A stretch of DNA of 64,000 nucleotides from Planctomycetota bacterium (lineage in GTDB: Bacteria; Planctomycetota; B15-G4): positions 19,374-83,373 of the forward strand of contig JAJDEO010000041.1 of assembly GCA_029259745.1 (NCBI GenBank), in the 5' to 3' direction. Shown in pieces: positions 9,797-19,811 of this stretch. The notes beneath the pieces are model-generated. The model searched no databases, was not told where the DNA came from, and saw nothing but the letters and a program-made list of their open reading frames with translations. The translations under genes and the position numbers were made by a program. The first letter of the stretch is position 1. Each line of letters opens with the position of its first letter.

Positions 9797-10881
9797 CGCG
9801 CCCGGCTCCACTCCGTGAGCACGTCGAGCATCGCTCGCGCCGAGCCCTCCGCGGAACGTTGCGCCACGAGTGCGCGCCCCGCGTCGCGCGCCGTCGTGCG
9901 CCACGACTCATCGTCGAGAACACGGACGATCGCATCGGCGAGCGAGAGCGCCGACGCGGCGTCGAACATCAACACGGCCTCGCCGCATGCCTCGGCGACA
10001 AAGGCCTGACGACTGACGATCACCGGAGCACCCGCCGCCAGCGCCTCGAGCGCGACGAGCCCGAAGCCCTCGAGCCACGACGGCACGACGACAACCGCAG
10101 CGCGAGCGTACTCGGCGGCCAATGCATCGTCGCCGAGCGGCCCGGCGAAACGCATACGCGGCGCAGCGCCGTGGGCGTTGAGCTGCGCGGACGCCGAACC
10201 CGGCGCACCGACGAGTGTCGCGCGCACGCCGCGCTCTTCGAGCCGCGGGTCACAGAGCGCGTCGAGCACGACGCCGAAGTTCTTCTTTGCGCGCAGCGTC
10301 CCGACGCAGAGGACACCCTCACGCGGAACCGTCGACTCGTCGACCTGCGGCGGAACGACACCGAGCGGCACGACGCGCAGTCGCTCAACGGTCCCTGCAT
10401 GCAACGCAGAAACGTCGTCGGCCGTGCGCTGCGAAGGACACACGATGCGCCAAGCGTTGCGAGCCGTGTGCGCGAGCCGGGCGCGCGCTGTGACTCCGCG
10501 CTCGCCGACGGCCGGGATCCCTCGCGATGACGCGCCCCACGGCACGTCATACACCGTGGCGATCGCGTCGATACCGCCGCGGACGGGTAGCGCCGTCACC
10601 GGCGACCACCAGACATCACACCCGGCTGCTCGTGCCGCTGCGACGCCATGCGTCTCGCGCCACGCCCACGGACGCACGTCGCCCTCGACGGCGCCGACCG
10701 CCTGCGAGGGATCGAGCCCGATGGCCTCGGCACACGCCACCGACGGTGCGACGGCAATCAGCTCGACATCGTCGCCTGCGAGTTCGCGCACGGCCGTGAC
10801 GAGCGCGCGCTGCGCTCGCTCGACGCCGGTCGGGAACGCAGCGCCCGCGCGCTGGATCGACGCGTCAACGGCGATTCGCAT
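9793..10881 (-). CDS. Glycosyltransferase family 4
   Basis: MRIAVDAS, TVYD, KKN, PSWLEGFGLVALEALAAGAP. Confidence 0.92.
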   Translation of the reverse strand: MRIAVDASIQRAGAAFPTGVERAQRALVTAVRELAGDDVELIAVAPSVACAEAIGLDPSQAVGAVEGDVRPWAWRETHGVAAARAAGCDVWWSPVTALPVRGGIDAIATVYDVPWGASSRGIPAVGERGVTARARLAHTARNAWRIVCPSQRTADDVSALHAGTVERLRVVPLGVVPPQVDESTVPREGVLCVGTLRAKKNFGVVLDALCDPRLEERGVRATLVGAPGSASAQLNAHGAAPRMRFAGPLGDDALAAEYARAAVVVVPSWLEGFGLVALEALAAGAPVIVSRQAFVAEACGEAVLMFDAASALSLADAIVRVLDDESWRTTARDAGRALVAQRSAEGSARAMLDVLTEWSRAR

Positions 10882-13552
10882 CCACCTCGCCGTAGATGTC
10901 GCGCCCGGTCAGCCCGTCGGCGCCGTTCCACCCGCTTGCCGCGAGTCGGATCGGACTCGACCATGCCAGTTCGGTGTCGGCCAGCACGACGCGCACGTAG
11001 ACGAAACGCTCGCCCTCGGCGGGCACGTCGAAGGCGAACTCCTCGGTTGCGCGCGCCACACCGCCTTCGAACTCACGCACGTCGATGCGCTTACCATCCG
11101 CGACGATGTCGATACGTTCGATGAGCGTGCCGAGTCCGTCGACATCCACCGTGAGCACGCCCGGGCCCGCCGCGCACTGCGCCGACTCCCCCATCACGAC
11201 GTCCTCACCGCCCGCCGCACTGCGCCATGCGCACCACAACGACACGCGCACGGTCGACGCGAACGTCCGCCGCGCGTGGAGCGCGTCGAACACAGCAGCG
11301 CGATCGATCGACCGCACCCACGCGCCACCGAACGCGCCATCGGATGACTGGTGATCAGACGCCGCGACGAAACCGAAGTGCAGGCCGCGGTCGAGATTCG
11401 GGAGCAGGTAGCGGCCGACCATGAGCCCGGGAATCGCGCGTGGTGTCCCGTCGCCTTCCGAGCTGCCGCGGTAACCCTGGAACACCTCGACAACGCGATC
11501 GAAGCGCGGCTCGAAGTCGCGCCAGTCGAAGACGATCGGGCTGTTGGCGAACATGCCGGCCGGCGTGTGCGGGATCGTGAGGACCTCGGCGGGATCGAGC
11601 ACGTCCCAGAGGTTCTCCGGTCGGTCGGCGCGCACATCGTCGCGCAGTGGCTCGAACGTCTTGCGGTAGGCGGCGATCGGGAGCGCGTCGCCGCGCCCGA
11701 TGACGTTGCGATGACCGGTCATCGCGTCGGCGCGTTCGTAGCCGCGCATGTTGGCGAAAGTGCCCTCGACGTCGTAGGCATCGGCCCACGTCATCAGTCG
11801 CCACCAGTCGTACGGCAGCATGTGCTCGAAGTGATCCGTGACGGCCATGTACTCGAGTCGACCGACGTCGAGTCCGTAGCGAAGCGCATCCGACACCGGG
11901 CCGTCCCAGTTGCTCGAGCAGCGCGAGACGTCCGTGTGACGGTGCAGGTCGCCGAGCGCCAGCGTGTAGCTTGCACCACCGTGCTCGCGACTCACTCGCG
12001 CACTGTCGGCAGCGGGCGTGGCGAGCGCTGTGAGCTTCCACGCGGCCGCCTCGTCGAGTGCGATCGCGGGCGCCGTGTCGAACTTGCGGATGCGTGACGA
12101 CGTGATGCCCGTCGGGTTCGTCGTGACCGGCTTCCACCACGAGAGCGAGTCGACCATGATCTCACGGCCGTTGCGGTCCTCGGTAGCGCGCTCACGACGA
12201 TCACCGGCCACGGCAAACACCGTGCCGCCCCCGCGCAACGAGCCGACTGCGAAGGGTGCCGCGCAACGCCCCTCGCTGCCTTCGACACCGATGTGATGAC
12301 GCCCGGCTGCGTGCCAACCCTCTGGTGACAGCGCGCTCCAGTACGTGAACCAGATCGACGTCCGCCAGCCCTTCCCGCCCACCGTGCGTTCGGCGCGCTG
12401 TTGGAACGTCGGGTCGAGTGGGTCTTGTGCATCCGACGGCAGGGGCAGGCCGCGGAAGAACAGCATGAGCGTGCCCGAGCCGTCGACGTGCAGCTGCGGC
12501 TGCTCGCAGTTGCTGCCGAGCGCGTCGTTGAGCCCGTCGACGAAACGGTCTGCCAACGGCGCGACGCGCTCGCCGTCGATGCCGACGATCTCGATCGTGC
12601 GCTTGTTGTGCAGCGCGACTTCGAGCGTGTTGCGCGAACCCTCGCGTCCCCAGTTCTCAGGGCCGACGTGATAGGCGACGTAGAGGCGTTCGCCGTCGGG
12701 CGCTGCCGCCACGGACGGCTGGGCTTCGAAGCGCGGCGTCGACGTGACGCGGCGCGGCGCGGACACCGACAGCGCGGCGTCGACGCGTTCGATGCGCGCG
12801 AGGTGGATGTCGTAGTCGCCGTCGGTGGCCTCGTCCCAGACGACGGCGAAGCGGCCCGGAGCCGTGGGCGTTGCGTCCGGATACCAGCACGCCGTCCGCT
12901 CGGCGCCCTCAGCGCGCGGACGCGAAACCGCCACGGGCGCCGTCCATGCGCCCGTCGCTCCGTCGAGCAGCGCCGCGCGAATCGCGAGTCCGTCGCGATC
13001 AACACGCTGCCAGACGAGCAGCAGACCGCCGGCGCCGTCGTCGGCGAAAGACGGGTGGAGCTGATGGACATCGCCGTCAGCGGGCGGCGTGACACGCGTC
13101 GGCTCACCGACGACGTCGCCCAGGGCGTCGGCGTCGCCGCCATCCGGCGCGATCACGAGATGGCGCAGCGACCAGCCCGGGCCGTCGTCGTCTTCCTGCG
13201 ACCAGACGAGGTGCAGACGATCGGCGCCGTCCACGGCCAGCGCCGTCCCGAAGACTCGCGTGCCGGGCTCGTGCACGACCGTCGCGCCGGCATCCCAGCG
13301 CGGCACCGACCGCAACGCGAGCGCATCACGCTCCCCGTCCCAGTCGACGAAAGCCGTCCACGGCCCACCGCTCGCACGCGTCGCCACGGATGGGAAGTCC
13401 TGAGCCGGAACCGACTCCGCAAAGATCCGCTGCTCGACGGCGGCGTCGACATCGGCCGACGGCAAGGCATCGGCAAGAGAGCCACCGCGATCCTCGCCGC
13501 AAGCAGCGAGGGCGAGAAGGGCCAGACAGGAGAGCTTCGGGGCAAGGCGCAT
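10865..13552 (-). CDS. Lipoprotein with beta-propeller-like N-terminus and PHP (CehA/McbA-like) metallohydrolase domain
   Basis: Lipobox LAAC; PHP motifs GDLHRHT, AVTDH, GHRN, IPHT, EVFQG, ASDH; C-terminal YVRV...AWSSPI. Confidence 0.8.
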   Translation of the reverse strand: MRLAPKLSCLALLALAACGEDRGGSLADALPSADVDAAVEQRIFAESVPAQDFPSVATRASGGPWTAFVDWDGERDALALRSVPRWDAGATVVHEPGTRVFGTALAVDGADRLHLVWSQEDDDGPGWSLRHLVIAPDGGDADALGDVVGEPTRVTPPADGDVHQLHPSFADDGAGGLLLVWQRVDRDGLAIRAALLDGATGAWTAPVAVSRPRAEGAERTACWYPDATPTAPGRFAVVWDEATDGDYDIHLARIERVDAALSVSAPRRVTSTPRFEAQPSVAAAPDGERLYVAYHVGPENWGREGSRNTLEVALHNKRTIEIVGIDGERVAPLADRFVDGLNDALGSNCEQPQLHVDGSGTLMLFFRGLPLPSDAQDPLDPTFQQRAERTVGGKGWRTSIWFTYWSALSPEGWHAAGRHHIGVEGSEGRCAAPFAVGSLRGGGTVFAVAGDRRERATEDRNGREIMVDSLSWWKPVTTNPTGITSSRIRKFDTAPAIALDEAAAWKLTALATPAADSARVSREHGGASYTLALGDLHRHTDVSRCSSNWDGPVSDALRYGLDVGRLEYMAVTDHFEHMLPYDWWRLMTWADAYDVEGTFANMRGYERADAMTGHRNVIGRGDALPIAAYRKTFEPLRDDVRADRPENLWDVLDPAEVLTIPHTPAGMFANSPIVFDWRDFEPRFDRVVEVFQGYRGSSEGDGTPRAIPGLMVGRYLLPNLDRGLHFGFVAASDHQSSDGAFGGAWVRSIDRAAVFDALHARRTFASTVRVSLWCAWRSAAGGEDVVMGESAQCAAGPGVLTVDVDGLGTLIERIDIVADGKRIDVREFEGGVARATEEFAFDVPAEGERFVYVRVVLADTELAWSSPIRLAASGWNGADGLTGRDIYGEVDANRR

Positions 13553-13661
13553 CGTCGGGATTCTAAGGATGTCGTGTCGGAGTTGGCGAGGAACGCGAGC
13601 GCAGAGAGCTGTCGAATGCGCGTCATCACGTCAGGATGACAATGACGACGGCGCTTTGCGT

Positions 13662-14825
13662 CTACGTGTTGGGTGTGGGACGCGCGTGCGCGCCTGGGCA
13701 ATGCTCGACCAACGCGCGGTCGATGTCGACGAGCGCGGAGGCGGCGCGATCCCAGGTGAGGTGGGCGACGGCCTGGCGCGCCGCGGCACCGAGTTCGTCG
13801 CGCGTGGCGGCGCTCGTGATGAGATCCTCGAGCGCAGCGGCGAGGGCGCGTGGGTCGTGCGGGTCGACGGTAATCACGGCGTCGCCGGCGAGATCGGACA
13901 TTGGCGTGTTCGTGGACGTGACGACGGCGCGCCCGCAGCGCAGGGCCTCGAAAACGGGGAGCCCGAAGCCCTCGGCGAACGACGGGTACGCGACGACATC
14001 GGCCGTGCGGAGGAGCGCCGCGAGGGTTGGCTCGTCGACCTCGCCCGTCGTGGCGACCCGTGCATCGGACCTCGTCGCCGCGGCTGCGAGGCGCTCTTCG
14101 AGTTGCGGCACGCCCCACCCGCGCGGGCCCACGAGCAGCAGCGCCGCGCGACCGTCAGGGCGCGCTTCGGTGGCGTCGAGGATCGCTTCGTGGTTCTTGC
14201 GTGGCTCGCGCGTGCCGAGTGCGACGACGAGCACCTCGGGGCGTCGCAGCCGAGCGCGCTGCAACGCCGCCTCGACGAGCGCCCCGTCGTCGGGTTGCGG
14301 CGTCGCGTCGATGTGATCGACGCCGTGAGCGACGACATGCACGTCTCGCGCGCGCGCCATCCCGTGTCGCACGACATCGGCGGCAACGCGTTCACTCGGC
14401 ACGACGAGCGCGGCAGCCCGAGCCGCTGCGGCGCGCACGCGCTGCTCGACGTCGCGCCGGAAGCCGGGCGGATGCCAGTCGTTGTCGTCGAGGAAGACGA
14501 GGTCGTGGATCGTCACGACCTGTTGTGCCGCACGCACAGGCGCATAGACGAGGTCGAGATGGTGGAAGACATCGACGCCGCCGAGCGCATCGTCGGCCGC
14601 CAAGCCCAGCACGCGCTGCACGCGCGCGGGAATGCGTCCGCGCACGACGCCGGCGCCGAGCGGCGCGAGGTCGGCGCGCGGCCGACGCCACGCCCGCGCG
14701 AACCCGTGCGCCTCGACATCCTCACGCCGACGCAACGCACGGAACGTCTCGCGCGCCACGCGTGCGATCCCGGTGGCATGCCAGAGCGCCGGACGGACGT
14801 CCACACCCACACGCAGCCGCGTCAC
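13662..14825 (-). CDS. Glycosyltransferase family 4
   Basis: GTG start overlapping the flippase stop; TGIARV, TIHDL, EPRKN, PSFAEGFGLPVFEA. Confidence 0.9.
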   Translation of the reverse strand: MTRLRVGVDVRPALWHATGIARVARETFRALRRREDVEAHGFARAWRRPRADLAPLGAGVVRGRIPARVQRVLGLAADDALGGVDVFHHLDLVYAPVRAAQQVVTIHDLVFLDDNDWHPPGFRRDVEQRVRAAAARAAALVVPSERVAADVVRHGMARARDVHVVAHGVDHIDATPQPDDGALVEAALQRARLRRPEVLVVALGTREPRKNHEAILDATEARPDGRAALLLVGPRGWGVPQLEERLAAAATRSDARVATTGEVDEPTLAALLRTADVVAYPSFAEGFGLPVFEALRCGRAVVTSTNTPMSDLAGDAVITVDPHDPRALAAALEDLITSAATRDELGAAARQAVAHLTWDRAASALVDIDRALVEHCPGAHARPTPNT

Positions 14826-16279
14826 GCCTGGGCCTCCACGGGGCCGCCGGCCTCGACACCGAGGTTCAACGGCCACGTCCCCGACAGCGCCACACCGACA
14901 ACGCCGGCGACGAAACCGAACGCCACGCGCACGCCGACATGCAGCGCCTCGTCCTGCCACCAGGCCGTCGCGCTCAGCGCCGCGAGGCCGGCACTCACCG
15001 CCCCCGCACACGCGAGCGGACGCAGATACGCACTTCGCCCGGCCACAAGCCCCGTGCGCTGGCGCGCCACGACCGTCGACGCCACCACGATGAACGCCTC
15101 GGTCGCCACCGTCGCCCAAGCCGCGCCGAGAATGCCGTAGCGCGGAACCGTCACGAGGTTGAGGACGATGTTCACGACGACGCCACCCGTCGAGATCCAC
15201 ATCATCGTGCGCTGCCCCTCGGAGGCCAGCACGACGAGCACATGCGGATAGGCGACGAAGACGCACACCGTCGCGAGCGCGAGCACGGCGAGGGCCGGAC
15301 CGCCCGGCGCGTACTCGACCGGGAAGATCAGGGCGATCACGTCCTGCGCCACCCATGGCAGCGTTGCCGCCACGCAGACGCCGAGCGAGAAGAGGAAGCG
15401 CGTCGAGCGTGTCAGCACGAGGCCGAGCTGTTCGGGCGCCGCCGGCCAGAGGCGCGAGAAGATCGGGAAGATGACCTGACTGAAGAGCACCGGCACCATG
15501 AGCACGAAGGTCATGACGCGGTAGGCCGACGCGTAGTAGGCGACGGCCTCGTCACCCACGAGCGGCCGCAGCATGAGCGTGTCGACGTAGAAGTACACCG
15601 TGGCCATCGCCGCAGCGACGCCAGCCGGCCACGACTCGCGCCACAGCCAGGCTCGTCGCTCCACCGAGGCGCCAAAGCTCGGCTCGAGCACGCGGCGCCC
15701 GGCCGTCCATGTCGACACGCCGTAGACGACGCCGGCAAGCCCGAAGGCCACGACGAACCATCCCGGCTCGTGCACGCCGAGGGCGACCAAAGCGAGCGTG
15801 CCGAGGAGCCACGTCGACTGACCGAGACACTGGGCGACGACGATCGGCCGGAAGGCCATATCGACCTGCAGCACGGACGCGATGCCCGCCGGCGCGTGCG
15901 CGAGAAGATGCAACGACGCCACGATCGCGAGCCACGTCGTCGCGTTGCCGGGGCCATCGAAGGCCAGCGCGAGCGTGGCCACGAGCCCGATGCCGACCCA
16001 GGCGATGCGCGCCTTGAGCCCGATCAGCATACCGACGAGCTCGGCCGCCTCCTCGCGCCGCCGCGACGCCTCGCGGACGACGATCTGCCCCGCACCGAAG
16101 TCGAGCACGTTCGTGAGCAGCAGGAAGAGCGTGAAGTAGAACGCCGTGACGCCGTAGGTCGCGGTGTCGAGGTGGCGCGGGAGGATGATCGCCGTGACGG
16201 CGAAGGCTAGCAGCGCCGTGTAGAGCCGGCCGCTCACCTGCACCGACGACTGCCGCGCCACGCGCTTCGAGAGGTTCAT
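14822..16279 (-). CDS. Wzx-type oligosaccharide flippase (MOP family)
   Basis: 485 aa polytopic protein; PRHL...YG, DFG...VRE, YVDTLML, YGILGAAWATVATE. Confidence 0.9.
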   Translation of the reverse strand: MNLSKRVARQSSVQVSGRLYTALLAFAVTAIILPRHLDTATYGVTAFYFTLFLLLTNVLDFGAGQIVVREASRRREEAAELVGMLIGLKARIAWVGIGLVATLALAFDGPGNATTWLAIVASLHLLAHAPAGIASVLQVDMAFRPIVVAQCLGQSTWLLGTLALVALGVHEPGWFVVAFGLAGVVYGVSTWTAGRRVLEPSFGASVERRAWLWRESWPAGVAAAMATVYFYVDTLMLRPLVGDEAVAYYASAYRVMTFVLMVPVLFSQVIFPIFSRLWPAAPEQLGLVLTRSTRFLFSLGVCVAATLPWVAQDVIALIFPVEYAPGGPALAVLALATVCVFVAYPHVLVVLASEGQRTMMWISTGGVVVNIVLNLVTVPRYGILGAAWATVATEAFIVVASTVVARQRTGLVAGRSAYLRPLACAGAVSAGLAALSATAWWQDEALHVGVRVAFGFVAGVVGVALSGTWPLNLGVEAGGPVEAQA

Positions 16280-16368
16280 CGCGCGGCGGCCCCCGACATG
16301 CGCACCCGCCGCTCGTTGACGTCATGCCGCGTCCCACGCGATGCTGCCGACATGTTGGAGCTGCTCCG

Positions 16369-16989
16369 ATGACCGCTCGCCCCCTGCTCGGCATCGTCCT
16401 CGGTGCCGGCCGCGGTCGCCGACTCGGCGGCCCCAAGGCCCCGCGCCTGCTCGGTCAGCGCAGCTACCTCGCCCACGCCGTGGCAGCGCTGCGCGACGCC
16501 GGCATCACGTCGATCCGCGTCGTCGTCGCCGACGCGCGGCACGTGATCGACGTCGACGACGTCGAGGTACGCATCCATCCGGCGCCCGAGAAGGGCCAGA
16601 CCTCGTCGCTGCGCATCGCGCTGAGCGGCGGCCTCGGCGACGTCGCCGGCTTCGCTCTCCACACAGCCGACCATCCCCTCGCGCGCGCGAGCGACGTACG
16701 CACGCTGCTCGATGTCTTCGCGCAGCGCGCAGAGCACGAACGCATCGTCGTACCGAGCGTGGCCCATCGCCGCGGTCACCCGGCGCTGTTCGCCGCGGCC
16801 CTGGCCGAGGAGTTCCTGGCGCTGGGTGACGACGAGCCTGCGCACCGCGTGGTGCGTCGCGATCCCGAGCGCGTCAGGCACGTCGTCCTCGAGAACCCGT
16901 GGCTGGTGCGCGACATCGATACTCCCGAAGACCACGCGGCCGCCGAACGGGCTCTCAGCGACGGGGATCAGCCGACCAGCAGGACCTGA
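16369..16989 (+). CDS. MobA/MocA-like nucleotidyltransferase (NTP_transf_3)
   Basis: LGAGRGRRLGGPKA, GQTSS, GHP, DIDTPED. Confidence 0.88.
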   Translation: MTARPLLGIVLGAGRGRRLGGPKAPRLLGQRSYLAHAVAALRDAGITSIRVVVADARHVIDVDDVEVRIHPAPEKGQTSSLRIALSGGLGDVAGFALHTADHPLARASDVRTLLDVFAQRAEHERIVVPSVAHRRGHPALFAAALAEEFLALGDDEPAHRVVRRDPERVRHVVLENPWLVRDIDTPEDHAAAERALSDGDQPTSRT

Positions 16990-17381
16990 ACGCGGTTGCG
17001 GATCTCGTCGCGCACGGCGCGGTAGGCCTTCTTGACCTCGGCCTCGGTGCCGCTCGCGATCGTCGGGTCGTTGAGCGGCCAATGGATCTGCGTAGCCTTC
17101 TTCTTCACCTTCGGCAGCGGATCGGAGTCGGGGCTGAGCGTGACGACGGTGTCGATCTTGCCCACTGGCACGTCGGAGAACGTTCGCGTCGGCTGCTCGG
17201 AAATGTCGATGCCGACCTCGTCCATGACGTCGATCGCGTACTTGTCGAGCTTCTTGGCCTTCGCACCCGCCGAGTAGACGTTGATCGGCCCCGAGGACAT
17301 CGTCTTGGCAAACCCTTCCGCCATCTGGCTGCGTGCGTCGTTGCTGTTGCAGATGAAGAGGAAGTTACGAGGCTTGGCCAT
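16968..17381 (-). CDS. ArsC/LMW-PTP family protein
   Basis: P-loop CNSNDARSQMAEG, SAG, HWPLNDP, VRDEI; resolving cysteines absent. Confidence 0.88.
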   Translation of the reverse strand: MAKPRNFLFICNSNDARSQMAEGFAKTMSSGPINVYSAGAKAKKLDKYAIDVMDEVGIDISEQPTRTFSDVPVGKIDTVVTLSPDSDPLPKVKKKATQIHWPLNDPTIASGTEAEVKKAYRAVRDEIRNRVQVLLVG

Positions 17382-17656
17382 CTGGTGAGGCTCCTCCGGT
17401 GTGGTGTCGTTTGCGCGCACGGAACCGGAGGCCGCGGCACAATCGCTCAATGATAGCGATAGTGGCTCCGCGACACCAATCGGAGCGGGCAGCGGGAACC
17501 TCTCATCGCGAGATTTCGCGCCCGAATGGCCCCTTTGAGGGCGCTCGAGTCCAAAGAATCCCTCCGACGCGTGCTGGTGTCAGGTGACCTGGCCATCGCG
17601 TCGTCAGGATGCGACTCTGGCCGATCGCGAGCCGCCGCGCCGAGAGAGCAGCCCCC

Positions 17657-18499
17657 ATGTCACGACCTTCCAACCCTTGGGTTGCTCTCATCTGCCGTCG
17701 ATCTGCTGTCGAGGGCGTGCAGCGGATCGTGTCGGCCGGAATGACCGCGGGACTCACCGTCGTCCCCGTCCACCCCGACGCGGCCTACGGACAGCCTGCG
17801 CCGGCCGTCGTCCTCCCGCGGCTTCCGTCGGGCGGAAGCCTGGGCCAACTCGGAGCCTGGGCCGCCTCGGGCGTGCCGTACGTGAATGGACCGGCAGCGA
17901 TCGCGGCCGTGCACGACAAGCCCGCGGCTCTCAGGCGCCTCGCGGCGGCAGGCATTCCGGTGCCACCGACCGTCGTCGTCACGCGCGACGCAGCCGCGAG
18001 CCTCGACGAACTCCCGGGTGACCGCTTCATCGTCAAGCCGGTCCGCGGCGCCGCTGGACGCGGTGTGAGCGTCGGATGGACGCGCGCCGAGGCTCGCGAC
18101 CGCGCCGCCGCCTTCGCTGACATCTCGGGCCCCGCGCTCGTCCAGCCGCAGCTCGGCAGCGGGATCGATCGCCGCATGTTCGTCGTCGACGGGCGCATCG
18201 TCGCGACCATGGAACGCGTGCCCGCGCCCGGCGACGGACGCGCGAGCCTGCTGTACGGAGGAACGGCACGTCGCTTCGCACCCTCACAGGAAGAGCACGC
18301 GCTCGGGCTTTCCTGCGCGAGCGCGCTCTCCCTCGACATCGCCGGCGTCGACCTGCTCGTCACCGATGACGGACCGCTCGTCCTCGAAGTGAACGTATGC
18401 CCCGGCCTGAAGGGGATCGAGGCCGCCACCGGCGTGGACGTCGCGGCAGCGATTCTCGAAGCCTGCCGCTCGCGTCTCACCCACGAGACAGCGAGTTGA
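17657..18499 (+). CDS. RimK-like ATP-grasp ligase
   Basis: DK...L..AGIPVP, IVKPVRGAAGRGV, AGVDLL, LEVNVCPG; start uncertain. Confidence 0.85.
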   Translation: MSRPSNPWVALICRRSAVEGVQRIVSAGMTAGLTVVPVHPDAAYGQPAPAVVLPRLPSGGSLGQLGAWAASGVPYVNGPAAIAAVHDKPAALRRLAAAGIPVPPTVVVTRDAAASLDELPGDRFIVKPVRGAAGRGVSVGWTRAEARDRAAAFADISGPALVQPQLGSGIDRRMFVVDGRIVATMERVPAPGDGRASLLYGGTARRFAPSQEEHALGLSCASALSLDIAGVDLLVTDDGPLVLEVNVCPGLKGIEAATGVDVAAAILEACRSRLTHETAS

Positions 18500-18602
18500 A
18501 GGAATCGGCGTTCCGGGTCATGCTGGCCCCGCGTTCGAGGGGGGTGGGACGCACTCGTATCGGCCGCCGCACGGGGGGCCAGCGAGCGAGCGAAAGGGAC
18601 TC

Positions 18603-19364
18603 ATGACCATCACCGCGATCGTCAGCGACATCCATGGCAACCTGCCGGCGCTGGCCGCGGTGCTCGACGACGCACGCGAACGCGGTGCGAGTCGGCTCTG
18701 GTGCCTCGGCGACATCGTCGGCTACGGCGCCCATCCGCAGCAGTGCGTCGAGCTGCTGCGCGAACACTGCGCGCACATCATCAAGGGCAACCACGAGCAG
18801 GCCGCGATCGATGGCCCGTTCGGGTTCAACCCGCTCGCGGCGGCGGCGATCCGCTGGACGCAAGGCCAGTTCCTCGACGAGGCCGGACAGCCCGACGAGA
18901 CGATGCAGTTCCTCATCGAGCTCCCCGAGCGCATCGACGACGACAACGCCGTGCTCGTACACGGTTCGCCGACGCATCCTCTCGACGAGTACCTCTTCGA
19001 GCAGGACACACTCGACAACGCACGCGACCATGCGCCGAAGCTCGTCCGCTGCTTCCAGCGCATCGACCGCCCGTGCTTCGTGGGACACACGCACGTGCCC
19101 GGCGTGATCGACGCGAACTTCACCTGGACGTCGCCCGCCCAGTGCCCCGACGGTTACGACACCGAACGCCGCCCGTGCATCGTCAACGTCGGGTCGGTCG
19201 GCCAACCGCGCGACGGCGACACCCGCGCGTCGTACGTCCTCTTCGATGGTGAGGTCGTCACGTTCCGCCGCGTCGAATACGACGTCGAACGCGCCGCGAA
19301 CTCGATCTTCGCCAACGACGAGCTGCCCGACCTTCTCGGCCAACGCCTCATCGAAGGCTGGTGA
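18603..19364 (+). CDS. Metallophosphoesterase (calcineurin-like)
   Basis: SDIHGN, GDIVGYG, GNHE, HGSP, GHTH, NVGSVGQPRDGD. Confidence 0.93.
   Translation: MTITAIVSDIHGNLPALAAVLDDARERGASRLWCLGDIVGYGAHPQQCVELLREHCAHIIKGNHEQAAIDGPFGFNPLAAAAIRWTQGQFLDEAGQPDETMQFLIELPERIDDDNAVLVHGSPTHPLDEYLFEQDTLDNARDHAPKLVRCFQRIDRPCFVGHTHVPGVIDANFTWTSPAQCPDGYDTERRPCIVNVGSVGQPRDGDTRASYVLFDGEVVTFRRVEYDVERAANSIFANDELPDLLGQRLIEGW
19020..19364 (+). repeat. Direct repeat copy 1 (3' part of the metallophosphoesterase gene); copy 2 at 21444-21787
   Basis: Manual codon-by-codon alignment gives roughly 85% identity over ~345 bp. Confidence 0.9.
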
Positions 19365-19403
19365 CAGCGCGCACGAGCAACGAGCTCCTCGGAGGGCGTC
19401 AGC

Positions 19404-19781
19404 ATGTCGAAGGCACCAACGGTCGTGCGCACGTTCGATAGCGCCGTCTTCGCACATCTCGCGCGTGGGCGGCTCGAGTCCGAAGGCATCGAGAGCTTCA
19501 TCGTCGACGAACACCAGGTGACGAACAATCCGCTGACTGCCATCGCTGTTGGCGGGATCAAGCTCGTCGTCGCCGAGGATGACCTTCACGCGGCGCGCGA
19601 GCTTCTGGACCAACGCATCGAAGTCAGCGACACGTGCGCCGCCTGTGGGTCGACGAACATCGAACGCAACGCACGAGGCCGCCGTCTCGCTTTCTTGACG
19701 CTGATGTTCGCCCACATTCCCATCGGCCGCGCGAAGACCAAGCTCCGATGCGACGACTGCGACCACGCCTGGCGCGAGTGA
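19404..19781 (+). CDS. DUF2007-like protein with split zinc ribbon
   Basis: AHLARGRLESEGIESF..DE...GGIKLVV; CxxC pairs CAACGS and CDDCDHAW. Confidence 0.8.
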   Translation: MSKAPTVVRTFDSAVFAHLARGRLESEGIESFIVDEHQVTNNPLTAIAVGGIKLVVAEDDLHAARELLDQRIEVSDTCAACGSTNIERNARGRRLAFLTLMFAHIPIGRAKTKLRCDDCDHAWRE

Positions 19782-19811
19782 TCGCGCACGACGGTCCGTC
19801 GATCAAACGCG

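Noticed and set aside
17657-18499. Graspetide/RiPP cluster around the ATP-grasp gene
   Set aside because: No recognisable precursor peptide or transporter nearby; the sequence looks RimK-like
18522-18583. GCTGGCCCC/GGGGCCAGC inverted repeat as a MITE or terminator
   Set aside because: Only 9 bp in GC-rich DNA, single copy, no target duplication or U-tract
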